64,000 nucleotides of DNA, taken from positions 200,508,001 to 200,572,000 of the forward strand of contig NC_042998.1 of NCBI RefSeq assembly GCF_006345805.1, written 5' to 3'. This document shows positions 38,571 through 51,444 of the stretch, one piece after another. Numbering within the stretch: the stretch's first letter is position 1; each line of letters starts with the position of its first letter. The stretch is from Octopus sinensis. Taxonomy: Eukaryota. The notes beneath the pieces were generated by a model that was given only the letters and a program-made list of their open reading frames with translations, was not told where the DNA came from and searched no databases. A program made the translations under genes and the position numbers.

Positions 38571-38572
<2 letters not shown>
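38414..38572 (-). mobile_element. Penelope-pLTR-like unit between (TA)n arrays
   Basis: contains a hammerhead motif and a short inverted self-duplication. Confidence 0.55.
38499..38551 (-). ncRNA. near-complete type-I hammerhead ribozyme motif
   Basis: GCTTC-CTGATGA-(ttttcttttcttt gaat)-GAA[A missing]-CAG(ttctagtc)CTG-TA-GAAGC; stems I and III pair, GUA triplet; stem II weak. Confidence 0.6.
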
Positions 38573-38611
<39 letters not shown>

Positions 38612-38616
38612 TTCAT

Positions 38617-38677
<61 letters not shown>

Positions 38678-39383
38678 ATATATTATATATATATTATATA
38701 TATATATATCCTCACACACCCATCAAAGCGTGTCAGTGTATAATGTCTGGATACAGTATGATGAAGAGAGCATGACTAAAGACTGAGTCAGGTAGGTTTC
38801 AGCGAGCAAGAGATGACAAGTGTCTTGCCCAACTAACACAGGTTATATTTAAGCGAAAATCGCCGAAATAATCATCAATACATAAGATGAGCAAAATCTT
38901 TTAGACAAACCTTTTATCGATCTATCTATCTATCTATCTGTCTATCTTTAAGCTACTAATTTAATATAATGTTCGGTCATCCTTCGATCGCGGAGGAAAA
39001 ATAACAACTTGTGTGAGATTTGTTAAGACTTCGTGTACATTAGAGATTTATTCCGATCCAAGACGATAGTATTTACATTCAATAGAACAGAATGGGAATT
39101 TGAATAGGGAAATGTTTTTGTCTTGATGCATTCCACGACTGGTGAAAGAGGATTTAAGAAAATACAATCAACGTGAAGTTGTCTTGTAGCAGGAACAGAA
39201 ATAGAGAAACCGTAGCTAGCTGCAGCCAGTGTGTGAGAGAAAGACGATGTTACCTGTCTCTGCACGTCTTTTATAGCTATGTAAAGAGAGCCACCTAGTT
39301 GCTAACGATGTTACAAGGAAGATAATTATAGATGACTCTCATTATACCATGAGGGCATTGGATTTAAATAAGGTTGCCTACAT

Positions 39384-39404
39384 ATCTATCAATCAGTCTA
39401 TCTA

Positions 39405-39501
<97 letters not shown>

Positions 39502-39522
39502 ATATCTGTCTGTCTGTATGTA

Positions 39523-39555
<33 letters not shown>

Positions 39556-39558
39556 ATC
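39384..39558. repeat. (TCTA)n-(TCTG)n microsatellite
   Basis: direct. Confidence 0.95.
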
Positions 39559-39559
39559 T

Positions 39560-39943
39560 ACTTGTTTCAGTCATTTGACTGCGGCCATGCTGGAGCACCG
39601 CCTTTTGTCGATCAAATCGACCCCGGAACTTATTCTTTGTAAGCCCAGTACTTATTCTATCGGTCTCTTTTGCCGAACCGCTAAGTGGCGGGGACGTACA
39701 CACACCAGCATCGGTGTCAAGCAATGCTAGGGTGACAAACACAGACACACAAACATACACACACATATATATATACATATATACGACAGGCTTCTTTCAG
39801 TTTCCGTCTACCAAATCCACTCACAAGGCATTGGTCGGCCGGGGCTATAGCAGAAGACACTTGCCCAAGATGCCACGCAGTGGGACTGAACCCGGAACCA
39901 TGTGGTTGGTTAGCAAGCTACTTACCACACAGCCACTCCTGCG

Positions 39944-39945
<2 letters not shown>
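39560..39945 (-). mobile_element. SINE family A, full length
   Basis: colinear reverse complement. Confidence 0.92.
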
Positions 39946-39992
<47 letters not shown>

Positions 39993-40329
39993 TATATATA
40001 TAAATATATATATAAATATATATATAAATACATATAAATACATTCGATAGATAGACACATACATCCATAGATACATATATAGACGGAAAGACGGGCGAAC
40101 AGAAGCTGGAAATAATTTCCAACACCTTCCACACAAATCAGACTTCATGTCTACTGTGCTCATCTGTATATCGTTGCAGCATATCAGCTCGCATGTACAC
40201 TTATATTTATATATGAGGATTTCCTTACATATTACAGTTTCAGTAAAGTATATTTAAAATTTATATTGTCAATAGAATTATTTTCTGTAGGATAAATATC
40301 GATAGAATTTTTGGTATACAGTGATATTA

Positions 40330-41520
40330 GTGAAAAAGTTTCTTGGCTGAAGTCACAAAAAACGGAAAAATGCCCAAAACATTCTTAGTAATTTTTCTAT
40401 CGGTGTTATTCCAACGAGTTTAGAATAAATACTAGTGGAAAGGAAAGAAACAATATAGATGAACGGGATTTATATGAAAAAGCAAACGACAGGGATGTAA
40501 AATACGAAGTTTGTAAGGCTGAAAAACCATGAAGTATTAGTGGTGCTATGTAAAGAAGAACGAAAAGAAACGACAATGATGCCTCAATGCGTGAGATTTA
40601 CGAAACTATGAGAGTTTTTAAATTCTGAATGTTATCTACAATGTGAAATGCGGTAAAGTAGAGGCAACGTACGAAAGACAGAAATGGTAAGTTTAAGAAA
40701 GTAAAAGGGGTAAAAAGTGAAGTAAGAGAAAGTATAAAAAATGTTGTTAAATATATTCCTTAAATGAAAGATGAACTAAGGGAGAGAGATCTATGTACAA
40801 TAACAAACGAAATATAATAGGTTTAACAATGAATATTATATTAACATTAATAGGATTAGAAATATCAAAACCTAAATATAAAAAGTTTAATTCAAATATT
40901 TTATCTAATTTAGCATAGCGTTTAAAAGAAACCCGGGGTGAAACAGGCAGTAAATGTAATAAAAATATATAAAGAAAAAAAGGGCACTTGCTATTTACGT
41001 TAAATAATTAAATATCATAGTCATACATGAATGTAAATATATATTGATCAATGAATAAATGTATTTACTTGCAAAATCGACAAGTATTAGATTGTAATAC
41101 TTAATGCATTTTATATTTTCTGTTTTAATATAATCAATATAGTTAACATAATTCTTATATGCATTCCAAACACATATGTAATATGGGCAACTGAATACAT
41201 TGTGCATATTTGAAAAAAATCAAGAATCTAAAAAGAGGAAAGCAATGATTAATAAATGGGATTTAAAGGAATTAAATTTAATGGGGTGCAAATTAGATAA
41301 ATATAAGATAACTTATTCTTAATATGTTCAAGGCGGATGGTAAAATAGGAAGCATCACTTAAAGTGAAATATCACTGAATACAGGAACAAAGCAAAGAAA
41401 TTTATAACAGAAAATTCATGATTTGTAACAAAATTCCACAGGGGTAATTACGGTATGTTCGTAAAACATTACATAATTGAATGCAGTAATTCCAAAGTAA
41501 TTGAAAATGAAAATAAAATG
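40330..41520 (+). mobile_element. possible very old LINE remnant
   Basis: long A/purine-rich strand bias only; no clean motif. Confidence 0.25.
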
Positions 41521-42632
41521 CATACAAAATTAAAGGCTAAAAATTTTAAACAGATATGAATAATACATATAACTTACAACACACTGATTCATTGATATAT
41601 GGTGTATATTTTTCCACGATTCTCTTTAAGATTGTATGTGGTGCGCAGTTGGTCGTCAGATCGCATAAATGGCTAAGAAACTTAGTAGCTTTATTTTTAT
41701 CACTCTTTCTGATAGGGATTTGCATAAAGGCATTTACAAATTACCTTTGCATAAGCGCAAGTTGTGAGTAGCTGCAAGGTCGCACATTCTTTCTAGATCT
41801 GTATTTCTTAATCACACCACTTAAGATGAGGTTTTCCTGGAATTATATCTTGGAGATGATTTAGCACTGTTTTCAGGAATCCGGGCATAATAGCATGATA
41901 AGTTGTGTGGGTATGCTTAATTAGATGTTTTACCCCTGGGTCGACAGTAACATTAGATATCAATGGCATTGATATATGATTTATTTGGTTATGGGTAGTG
42001 ACATTAAATATAAACGTATCGGAACAAAATTCAGCATTCTTTTCGTTCGAATGTTGGATGTCTCTCTGTTGGGTTACTCCAAAAGACCCAAGAAGATATT
42101 CTACAATAATTAAGCTGTGATGTAAGACAACGGATTGTGGAATAAATAAAGTAGCTGCTACACAAATTTTGGTTTTCTTAACAACGATCCCAAGTAGATA
42201 GTCTGCAATAGTTAATTCAATGTAAATATAGCATCGTGTACCACTGAAAATTTGTTATAACCTGTCCGACAGTGGCTTGTAATTTTAATTAAAAAAATAT
42301 CCTTATTGATTCTTGCTTGGGTTGGAGTATTACCTGCCCATATATATATAGTTAGAAAGAGATTTTAAAAGATTTTAGGTATTAAAAATATTCTATTATT
42401 CAACAGGATGTCACTAACATTTGTGGAAGAATTTTGTATATACAATGACAGAACACATTTATACGACTGGTGAATATTTTGAACCTGTTTCTACAATGTA
42501 TTTTGATTGCATTGTAATTATGTGATGCAATAAATGAGAGTTTGTGTTTTGCAATTAATGTCTGCAAATTTATAGAAACTTTGTTGATATTAAAACGCAC
42601 TACAAAAAATAAAGATGCGACTTCTGTTACAC

Positions 42633-42941
42633 CAGAGGTTCTGGAAAATTTTGACCACATGAAACCCCCAGCGCCCCCACCCTATTTTTTTGTATAGATA
42701 CATATTCTATATTTTACTAATTTATATATACTATGAATAATTTGATATTTAATATAATATATAATTTATATACAATACTATAATAATATTATAAATACAT
42801 AGCGCGCCCAAATCCACTGACATCCTCCCAGTGCCACCTGTTTCTCTATCCTCGCCCCACCCTCTTCGGCACCAGTGGCCACCTGGACTCTCTCAACACC
42901 CACCGGAGGTAGAGCGGTGGCGCCAACTTTGAGAACCTTTG
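42633..42941. mobile_element. hAT-type MITE with 8-bp TSD
   Basis: TIRs CAGAGGTTCT(GG)AAA / TTTGAGAACCTTTG; flanks TGTTACAC vs TGTTAGAC (7/8 match). Confidence 0.8.
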
Positions 42942-43279
42942 TGTTAGACCAACAACTGATCTTACCTAGACTCAGGATATTTTATTTAAAGAATGGAATG
43001 AAATGCATTTGGAAAACGAAGCCTTCCAGAAAGTACCAGATATGAAATAGTCTACTGAATCAAAGAAGACAAACAAACTGGAATGTAATTAGTAACGAAA
43101 TAGTCACAAGCACATAGATAAAATAAATAAACCGAGAACCACTTAGTTTCACATGAAAATTCCGTCTCATGGTCGTCAATTTTCAATCAAATGAGGAAAA
43201 GGAAAATCTGAAGAAATCTCGCACTTTAAAACATCGAAGTGGAGATTAGAAAATACCATCCTTGAATAGGTAATTGAAC

Positions 43280-43421
<142 letters not shown>

Positions 43422-43433
43422 TATATATATATA

Positions 43434-43602
43434 GGCGCAGGATTGGCTGTGTGGTTAGTAGCTTGCTAACCAACCACATGATTCCGGGTTCAGTCCACTG
43501 CGTAGCATCTTGGGCAAGTGTCTTCTGCTATAGCCCCGGACCGACCAATGCCTTGTGAGTGGATTGGTAGACGGAAACTGAAAGAAGCCTGTCTTATATA
43601 TG

Positions 43603-43642
<40 letters not shown>

Positions 43643-43843
43643 TGTGTGTGTGTTTGTGTGTGTGTGTTAGTCGCCCTAGGATTGCTTGACAACCGATGCT
43701 GGTGTGTTTACGTGCCCGTCACTTAGCGGTTTGGCAAAAGAGAGTGATAGGATAAGTACTGGGCTTACAAAGAATAAGTCAACTAAAGGCGGTTCTCTAG
43801 CATGGCTGCAGTCAAATGACGGAAACAAGTAAAAGAGTAAAGA

Positions 43844-43845
<2 letters not shown>
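43434..43845 (+). mobile_element. SINE family A, near full length, within (TA)n
   Basis: colinear, small internal deletion. Confidence 0.9.
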
Positions 43846-43889
<44 letters not shown>

Positions 43890-44370
43890 GGTGTGTTTGT
43901 CATTGTCTTGAAGGCTGACCATTCTCGCCACAAGACAAGTTCCGGCCAAATCGAAAGACATAAAGATAAATAGAGAGAGGGAGAGGGAGAGATTGAAAGG
44001 ACTAGATGGTCATAAGACCATCGTCATTATTATTACCATAGTTAAATTGTGAAATTGGACAAAACACTCATGCTGTCTCAATTAAGATCTGTGTGACAGG
44101 TAATCAAACTGAAACTCTCCTTTACACACACACACACGCGCGCACGCACAGGCACACGCACACAGACATATATATATTTATATATATATATAGGTTATAA
44201 GAGGTAATGGTGTCATTGAGACCCTAAGGTGTCAGGTAATGCTGAATAAGTGCTTTAAACAGATCATAGTTAAGTTCCAGATTCGGCAATTTTGCCAATA
44301 AGGGGTTCAACGTTGGTCATGTCAGCGTTTGTATATAAGATTTTTTTGCGTAATGAGATAAAAAACCCAA

Positions 44371-44752
44371 GGCTATGTAGATAGAACATTTCTAGGTAGA
44401 AGGTCTTACAGCTGTTTCAAGGATATTTATAAATTATATCCCCTCATCGTAGACGGTATGGGAGGAAGGTTAAGTAATAGTTAATTTAGATAAGATACAA
44501 AATAGAGAGTAAGGTGGAGGAAACAAAATAGATGTGAAATATGTAGGCATATTGGATTTTCCCCTACAAATCTCACATCTATATCCTTTCCTCCATCTCA
44601 CTCCCTATTGTATATCCTATTTTGGTTAAGTAACTATTACTTAACCATTGTCTCACACCGTCTCCGACGAAGGGATATAATTACTAAATATCCTGGAAGC
44701 TGCTGTAAGACCTATGACCTATCTATAAATGTTCTAGTATCTACATTACGCC
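44371..44752. mobile_element. diverged inverted repeat (44371-44547 vs 44563-44752), each arm with a hammerhead-like motif
   Basis: arms align as reverse complements over ~180 bp; motifs at 44403-44454 (-) and 44660-44711 (+). Confidence 0.75.
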
Positions 44753-44783
44753 AAAATGTCTTATAAATATATATATATATATA

Positions 44784-45293
44784 TCTATATATATAAAACT
44801 CTAGTTGTGTGAGTGTCCGTCCCCTTCGATTTAGATTCCTAACTCCTCCCACATTTTGCTGTGCAGTTTAACAAAATTCGGGTATCTTATAGTCGTGATT
44901 CATATCGAGCCCGTCTGACTATTAGCGCGCGTCAACGATGAGTCTACGATTTTAAAAATAATTTAACATCATTTTTTATTCCATTTTAATGCATAATGTT
45001 TGGTGTGTCGATGGCGGCGGAGTTGGCGTCCACGCTCACAGCTGCACCTGTTTGCTTCTCCTCCTTCCCTCCCTCGTGAAGCTGTGGGGAAGGGAGTGTA
45101 AAGAAATCAACGTCGTAATGCGTTGTGAAGGAGACCAGCGTTCTTTTAGAACAACGACTTCATGGCTCGAAGACACCAAAACAAAAATGGCTAAGAAAGC
45201 CCGAATTGGCATCTATAAGGGAAGAAACTCTCTAAAAATGCTTATATAGTTATTTCCCTTACAAACCCGAGCAACGCCGGGCGATACTGCTAG
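44784..45293 (+). mobile_element. non-autonomous Helitron, intact ends
   Basis: A|TC 5' end; GC hairpin CCCG(a)GC-AAC-GC-CGGG 8 nt before CTAG|T; no TIR/TSD. Confidence 0.88.
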
Positions 45294-45379
45294 TATATAT
45301 ATATAATATAAATACATGCACACGCAAACATATTCATAGACCTTTATACAAGAACAAAACTTTTGCGTTCGTAAAGAAT

Positions 45380-45915
45380 ATGTTTCTTTTGTAAGGATAT
45401 GTTATGCAGGCGCCAGTGTTGCACTATTATCGATTGTTGATTCTGAGTATTATTTGCGAGTTTATGCCCTAATGTTCATGGTTGGTTTGTTTTACCATTT
45501 TAGCATTTTCCCTTCCAAAAGTGCAATTGTATCTATGGCGACTTCATTCTTTCCAATAAAGGCGAAATGATTAATAGTTTAAAGAAATATACATAGAATA
45601 ATCTGTTTTTAAGCACAGTTCAGTCAATCAATACGTTCTTAGGTTTTCGCCTACGTTACATTTCGGCCAATTGTTAGTGTCCATATTTGCACCTTTAAAG
45701 CGCATTATGATGTTGCTATTTTTTCGCTTCCCTCGAATATAGAATATATCCGATTGTCGAAAACATAGCAGTCACTATGCTTTGTCTCGGTTCTCTGTTT
45801 GCGTTTTTTGTTGTTCGAAAAAGAATTTAGTTTTCAATGTTTTTGTTTTTATGCTTTCGTTTCTCATTGCGTCTACGTTTTTTCATGCCCTGTAGCCAAA
45901 TATGCATGCATATAT
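45380..45915 (+). mobile_element. decayed repeat, possibly a Penelope 3' end; distal ~130 bp recur at 48322-48455
   Basis: FSIFPFQKC remnant (cf. FPFYK at 59070); 45782-45915 is homologous to 48322-48455. Confidence 0.4.
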
Positions 45916-46053
45916 ACGTATATGTTATATACTGGTATACACACATATGTATGTATATATACATATATTTATATATAATTTATATATATACATACACACA
46001 CAAACACACACACACACACACACATACACATATATATATATATTCATATAATC

Positions 46054-46466
46054 GGCGGCGAGCTGGCAGACACGTTAGCGCGCCGAGCGAAATGCTTAGC
46101 GGTATTTCGTCTGCGTTACGTTGTGAGTTCAAATTCCGCCGAGGTCGACTTTGCCTTTCATCCTTTCGGGGTCGATAAATTAAGTACCAGTAACGCACTG
46201 GGGTCCATGTAATCGACTTAATACCTATGTCTGTCCTTGTTTGTCGCCTCTGTGTTTAGCCCCTTGTGGGCAATAAAGAAACAGGTATTTCGTCTGTCGT
46301 TACGTTCTAAGTTCAAATTCCGCCGAGGTCGACTTTCCCTTTCATCCTTTCGGGGTCGGTAAATAAAGTACCAGATTCGCACTGGGGTCGATGCAATCGA
46401 CTTAATCCCTTTGTTTGTCCTCGTTTGTCCTCTCTGTGTTTAGCCCCTTGTGGGCAATTAAGAAAT
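46054..46466 (+). mobile_element. SINE family B, head-to-tail dimer
   Basis: tRNA-like head GGCGGCGAGCTGGCAGA...GAGTTCAAATTCC; body GCCTTTCATCCTTTCGGGGTCGATAAA...; tail GTGGGCAATAAAGAAA; second unit restarts at GGTATTTCGTC. Confidence 0.92.
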
Positions 46467-47740
46467 ATATATATATATTGATATACGTGTGAGAGTAGAA
46501 TTTAAAATAATAATTGAATGGGGTATATATTTTAAATGAGTTAAAATATGGGAATTCAATAAGCTAGCTGGAATGTTTAAGGATAATAAAGACGAGAAAC
46601 GAGGGGCAAAGGCGAAGCTACGGTACATGGACATTCCAGAAAAAAAGGTTTTTCTTTCCTAAAAGACAATTTTATGGACATAAATATTCGTTGACGATTA
46701 ATACCAGTGGGTAATAAATTAAAGACAAGTGCAAGTAAAGGGAATGTTTGCAAAAAGCAAAATCATAAAGGTAAACGCAATGATTTAAATGGAGTTAGAA
46801 ATCTCCATAAATTTGAAGATTAAAAATAAAGAATTAAGACAACAGAATCCGAGTGAAATCGTATAATAAATCTACGTTTGGTGAAAATAATATATAGGGT
46901 AGCGATAAAGGCAAGAATTGTTTTTATATTCACATTTTAAATTTGCGAGAAACATTTTAAAGTAGATATACCGTTTCAAATTTATGGTTCGATTTCAATA
47001 ACGGCTTGATAAAAATCAGAGAATCGTTTTGGATTGAGCAAGCTAAAAATAAAAGAGGTTATAATGGAAGTAATATCTAAAAGACTTGCAAAAAGGCATT
47101 CACTTAATATTAATATTCAGAGATGGAGCTAAAAATTAGAAGGTGCGAGAGGACATTATCTGTGTGGTGTGTAAATAAGTCTGTCTTTCAAATACAAAAT
47201 GAATGTATAGTTTTTAGAAGATGTAGAACTTAATATTGCATACGAATATAATGTGTTGTTAGGAGGTAGAATGTGCAAAATGTAAAGCAAATTATTTTCC
47301 TATTGATGCGTGTGACAGGGATTGTTGTTCTCGAACATTTTCAGCTCTGCAGAGATATTTATTATAGTGAGGTCAGTTAACTATTCATTAGATGTAAGAG
47401 CGATATATTAAGGTATTTTGATGGTGATCTTAGAATTTTCTAGAAATTTTCTATAGTGTAGGTGAAAATATTGAGTAACATGAATGGCAAAACAGATCTT
47501 GCACGTGATGTTTCTTTCTCTTTTCTGCATGGGCAGCCGACAACAGATGATGAGTCGTTTCTTAAATTACTTGAATTGTTTTCCATTTGTGTCACTCGTT
47601 GTTCGCATATAAAAGTTTGTCTTCGTATTTCATGTTGTTATGGTATTGTGCCATCTTGTACGTACACACACACATATACATATACATATATATAAATATG
47701 CATATATATATACATATATTATTATTATTATATATCTATA

Positions 47741-48180
47741 GGCGCAGAAGTGGCTGTGTGGTAAGTAGCTTGTCTACCAATCACATGGTTCCGGGTTCAG
47801 TCTCACTGCGTTGACCCTTGGGCAAGTGTCTTCTACTACAGCCTCGGGCCGATCAAAGCCTTGTGAGTGGATTTGGTTGACGGAAACTGAAAGAAGCCCG
47901 TCGTATATATGTATATATATATATAATATATATATATATATATTATATATATATATATATGCGTGTGTGTGTTTGTGTGTCAGTGTTTGTCCTCTAGCAT
48001 TGCTTGACAATCGATGCTGGTGTGTTTATGTCCCCGTTACTTAGCGGTTCAGCAAAAGAGACCGATAGAATAAGTACTGGGCTTACAAAAGATTAAGTCC
48101 CGGGGTCGAGTTGCTCGATTGAAGGCGGTGCTCCAGCATGGCCGCAGTCAAATGACTGAAACAAGTAAAAGAGTAAAAGA

Positions 48181-48182
<2 letters not shown>
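47741..48182 (+). mobile_element. SINE family A, full length, within (TA)n
   Basis: colinear. Confidence 0.92.
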
Positions 48183-48224
<42 letters not shown>

Positions 48225-48909
48225 ATTATTATTTTTTTTATTATTATATGATCCATTTCCAAGTCAAAACGCGGAGTAGATGAAACAGGTGCAACTGATG
48301 AAGGGGAATATTCTTTATGTTACATGTCTCGTTTCTCTGTTGTTTCGTTCTTCGAAAAAAGTTTGTTTTCCATGTTTTTGCTTTTATGTTTTCGTTTCTC
48401 AGTGTGCTCAACGTTTGTATGTAGTCCTGTACCCATATATGCATGTATATATACATATATATGTAGGTATGTACATTTATGTATGTATATATATGCATAT
48501 ATTCATATATTATTTTTATTTTACATATATATATATGTATGTGTTATGTGCGTATGAGTGTGTGTGCGCGCGTGTGTGTGTGTGCATTTTCGTATGTACT
48601 TATATTGTTCATGTCATAAGAGTTTTATACACAGGGAGAACACGGCAGTCATTTTGGGGTACAGTGGATCTCGCAGAGAAGCCAGAGTTCAGAACCTGTT
48701 AATAGTGTGTTACAAAAATATTAGGATAGAAGAGGTCGAAAACTGTTCGTTGATCTCTTCACCACAACTTCAATAAACATGACAGGCATACATTAGACCG
48801 CGGCAATATACTTACACGCTATTACATATAGCATTATCTATGTGCTTCGAGAACCACCCTACCGAAAATTAGTTGTATCTATGTTTGAGTGTGTGTATGT
48901 GTGAATATA

Positions 48910-49926
48910 CACGAGGTCGGATCAATAAGTATCTGGTCAAGTTCACATTCCGCCGAGGTTGACTTTGCCTTTCATCCTTTCGGGGTCGATAAATTAAGTA
49001 CCAGTTACGCACTGGAGTCTACGTAATTAACTTAATCCCTGTGTCTGTCCCCTCTATATTTAGCCCCTTGTGGGCAATAAAGAAATATATATGGTCAGTT
49101 GCCAAGGTAACGAAACTAAAGCACCCAGATTCAAGCCGCTCGGCACAGATTGACGTTGAACACTGCTCTGCATGCGCACAAAATTTCAATGTTCTAGCTT
49201 ACTCCCGCTGTTTAGCGTGTGTATTATTATAGGTGTGTAGCGTGTGATCCTCGCATTCACCATGACAGAGAAAGTTGTCATGCCGATACCTACTCAGAGG
49301 CCTACGCAAAGTTACAGAAAGTGTATGGAGAGGAGTGAATGAGCCGTACGCAAGTGTACAATTGGTTCAGACGTTTCTGAGAAGGCCGAAAAAATATCGA
49401 TATTGACGAGCGTTTTGGGAGACCTGCAACCAGCACGACTGAGAAAGACATCGGAGATATGATTGCAGCTTTAAGCAGAAATCGTCGATTCAACGTCCAT
49501 GGTGTATCAAAGGCTGTGCAGATTAGTTACTCTTCAATTCAGTCCATTATCAATGAAGATTTGGGTATGAGACGCTGGTTTACCAAGTTTGAGCCAAAAC
49601 TGCTTTCAGCTGACCAAAAAATACATCCGAGTCTCAGTTATACAAGAGCTTCTTGATTGCGTCCAGAATGATGAAAATATTTTGAAAACTTCGCTGACCT
49701 CTCAGCAGGTATTACGAAGCTTTTGTCAGAATTTGATGCAAATTCTCTGCTCAACTTTATCTTCGTCCATGCAACGAACACACGCTACATACGTTCCTCC
49801 CAAGTACTGCTGGTAACAGAGGAAGTGATGTAGAACGTTAAAATTTAGTGTGCATGGACAGCAGTGTTCGATGTCAATCTGTGCCAACGGTCTCGCTCTG
49901 CTTGCTTCAGTTTCGTTTCTATGGTA
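48910..49926 (+). mobile_element. internally deleted mariner element with a SINE B piece (48941-49086) inserted near its left end
   Basis: TA|CACGAGGTCGGATCAATAAGT; transposase N-terminus KLQKVYGEE*MSRTQVYNWFRRF*EGRK..DERFGRPATS...EDLGMRR..KF.PKLLS; subterminal inverted arms 49100-49200 vs 49840-49925. Confidence 0.88.
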
Positions 49927-49975
49927 TAGAATTTATACATTTAGGTTGAGAGAAGGAGATAGACATACATAGATA

Positions 49976-50009
<34 letters not shown>

Positions 50010-51444
50010 ACAAGAGGGACATAGATTAAAAGAACACAGATCATAAAGCGAGAAATCTGTTCAAGCATTTTATTGAGTCATTTTTAAATGAAGTATGTAA
50101 TACAATACAAGCAATCGATATATAAAATTATGTGTGAAACACTTATACTATGCAAATTAGTTGCTGCAGTCTGCCGTATGGCTACTAGATTGGTGGACTT
50201 TATTAGTAGGTTGTCTGCGTTTTTTTCTTATTTCTTTGTAGGATTGGTTAACCTAATGTAGACACATCTGACGAGAACCCAATCAGTTTTGAATCCAGTT
50301 AGGACTGTTAATAAGGCATCAGTTAAAACTCTGTATCCGAGAGCCTCTATCGGCACTGCCAATATACTACAGAATACTTTTCTTTTTTTCAAATATAGAA
50401 TTAGCTGCTATTAGTGGTAATGTAGCTATGAGTCATTTCGTTTTTGCTTTTGTGCAGCCCAACATTTTAATATTAATGTCGAGACGGTTAATTCATGACA
50501 AAATTCCCAATAATCGCTCATGTCCCTTCTATTGATATAAAATCTTTGCCATTTGCAGCAATTACACACTTCGTCATCGAATACTTAGCTCCGAGAAACC
50601 TGTGTTATATTTTAGATACCAGTATAGCTGATAATAGTTTTTACATCTTTTGCAATATCGTAATTGTCTGCTTTTCTATTGATGCCGTCGTGTCATGCAT
50701 GTTATTTATAATGATTACTTGCATGGCGAAATTAAGGTTGAAACGCATACCGCTAAGATCTGAAACGACACGTTTCTACAGCGGATGTGATAAGAAGAAA
50801 GTAGCAGCTATTTATGAAGATTTATTGCTTTATTGATGCTGGGAATGGTTGCCATCAAATTCAGTGATCATATACACCAAGCTTATTTGTATCTTTTAGT
50901 AATATACACGCTTATGCAATTACATACAATTTTTAAATATATTTCTTTTGATCTGTAATTGCCGACAATTATTAAAATATATTCACCTATGTCAGTCTAC
51001 TATAAAAAAAATCATCGTAATTTAAATGCAATAGGTACATTCAAAATGCTGTATGTTTAGAATGATGGACGCCTAGGGTTTATGAATTTTGTATTTTTCG
51101 TTTTTCAGATAGTAATTTTCTTTCTACAATAATTTTATCACATTTTGATATTTTAAATGTAAAATATGATAAACTATTTTTTAATGTCAATTAACTTTAA
51201 ACAAAATTGCAAGCGAAAACACACATATATGCACATGCATATATATTATTACCCTTCTGTCACAAAATCCGTGAAAGTATTGCATTAACATACATGAAAC
51301 ATATTGGGAAATTGCAATTAGAAAGGTAAACAAGCTATTACCCAATGTTTTTCAATTGTCATCTTTTAACAAAATAATATTGAAATTGAATTATAACTAA
51401 TAATAAATCTCGGAGCGAGTTATAAACAGTAGCTACAACACATC

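Noticed and set aside
48295-48362. CTGATGA-A-GGGGAA...TTCTTC-GAAA as a hammerhead
   Set aside because: It needs a ~45-nt stem II loop with two G-U pairs, and stems I and III do not pair in register.
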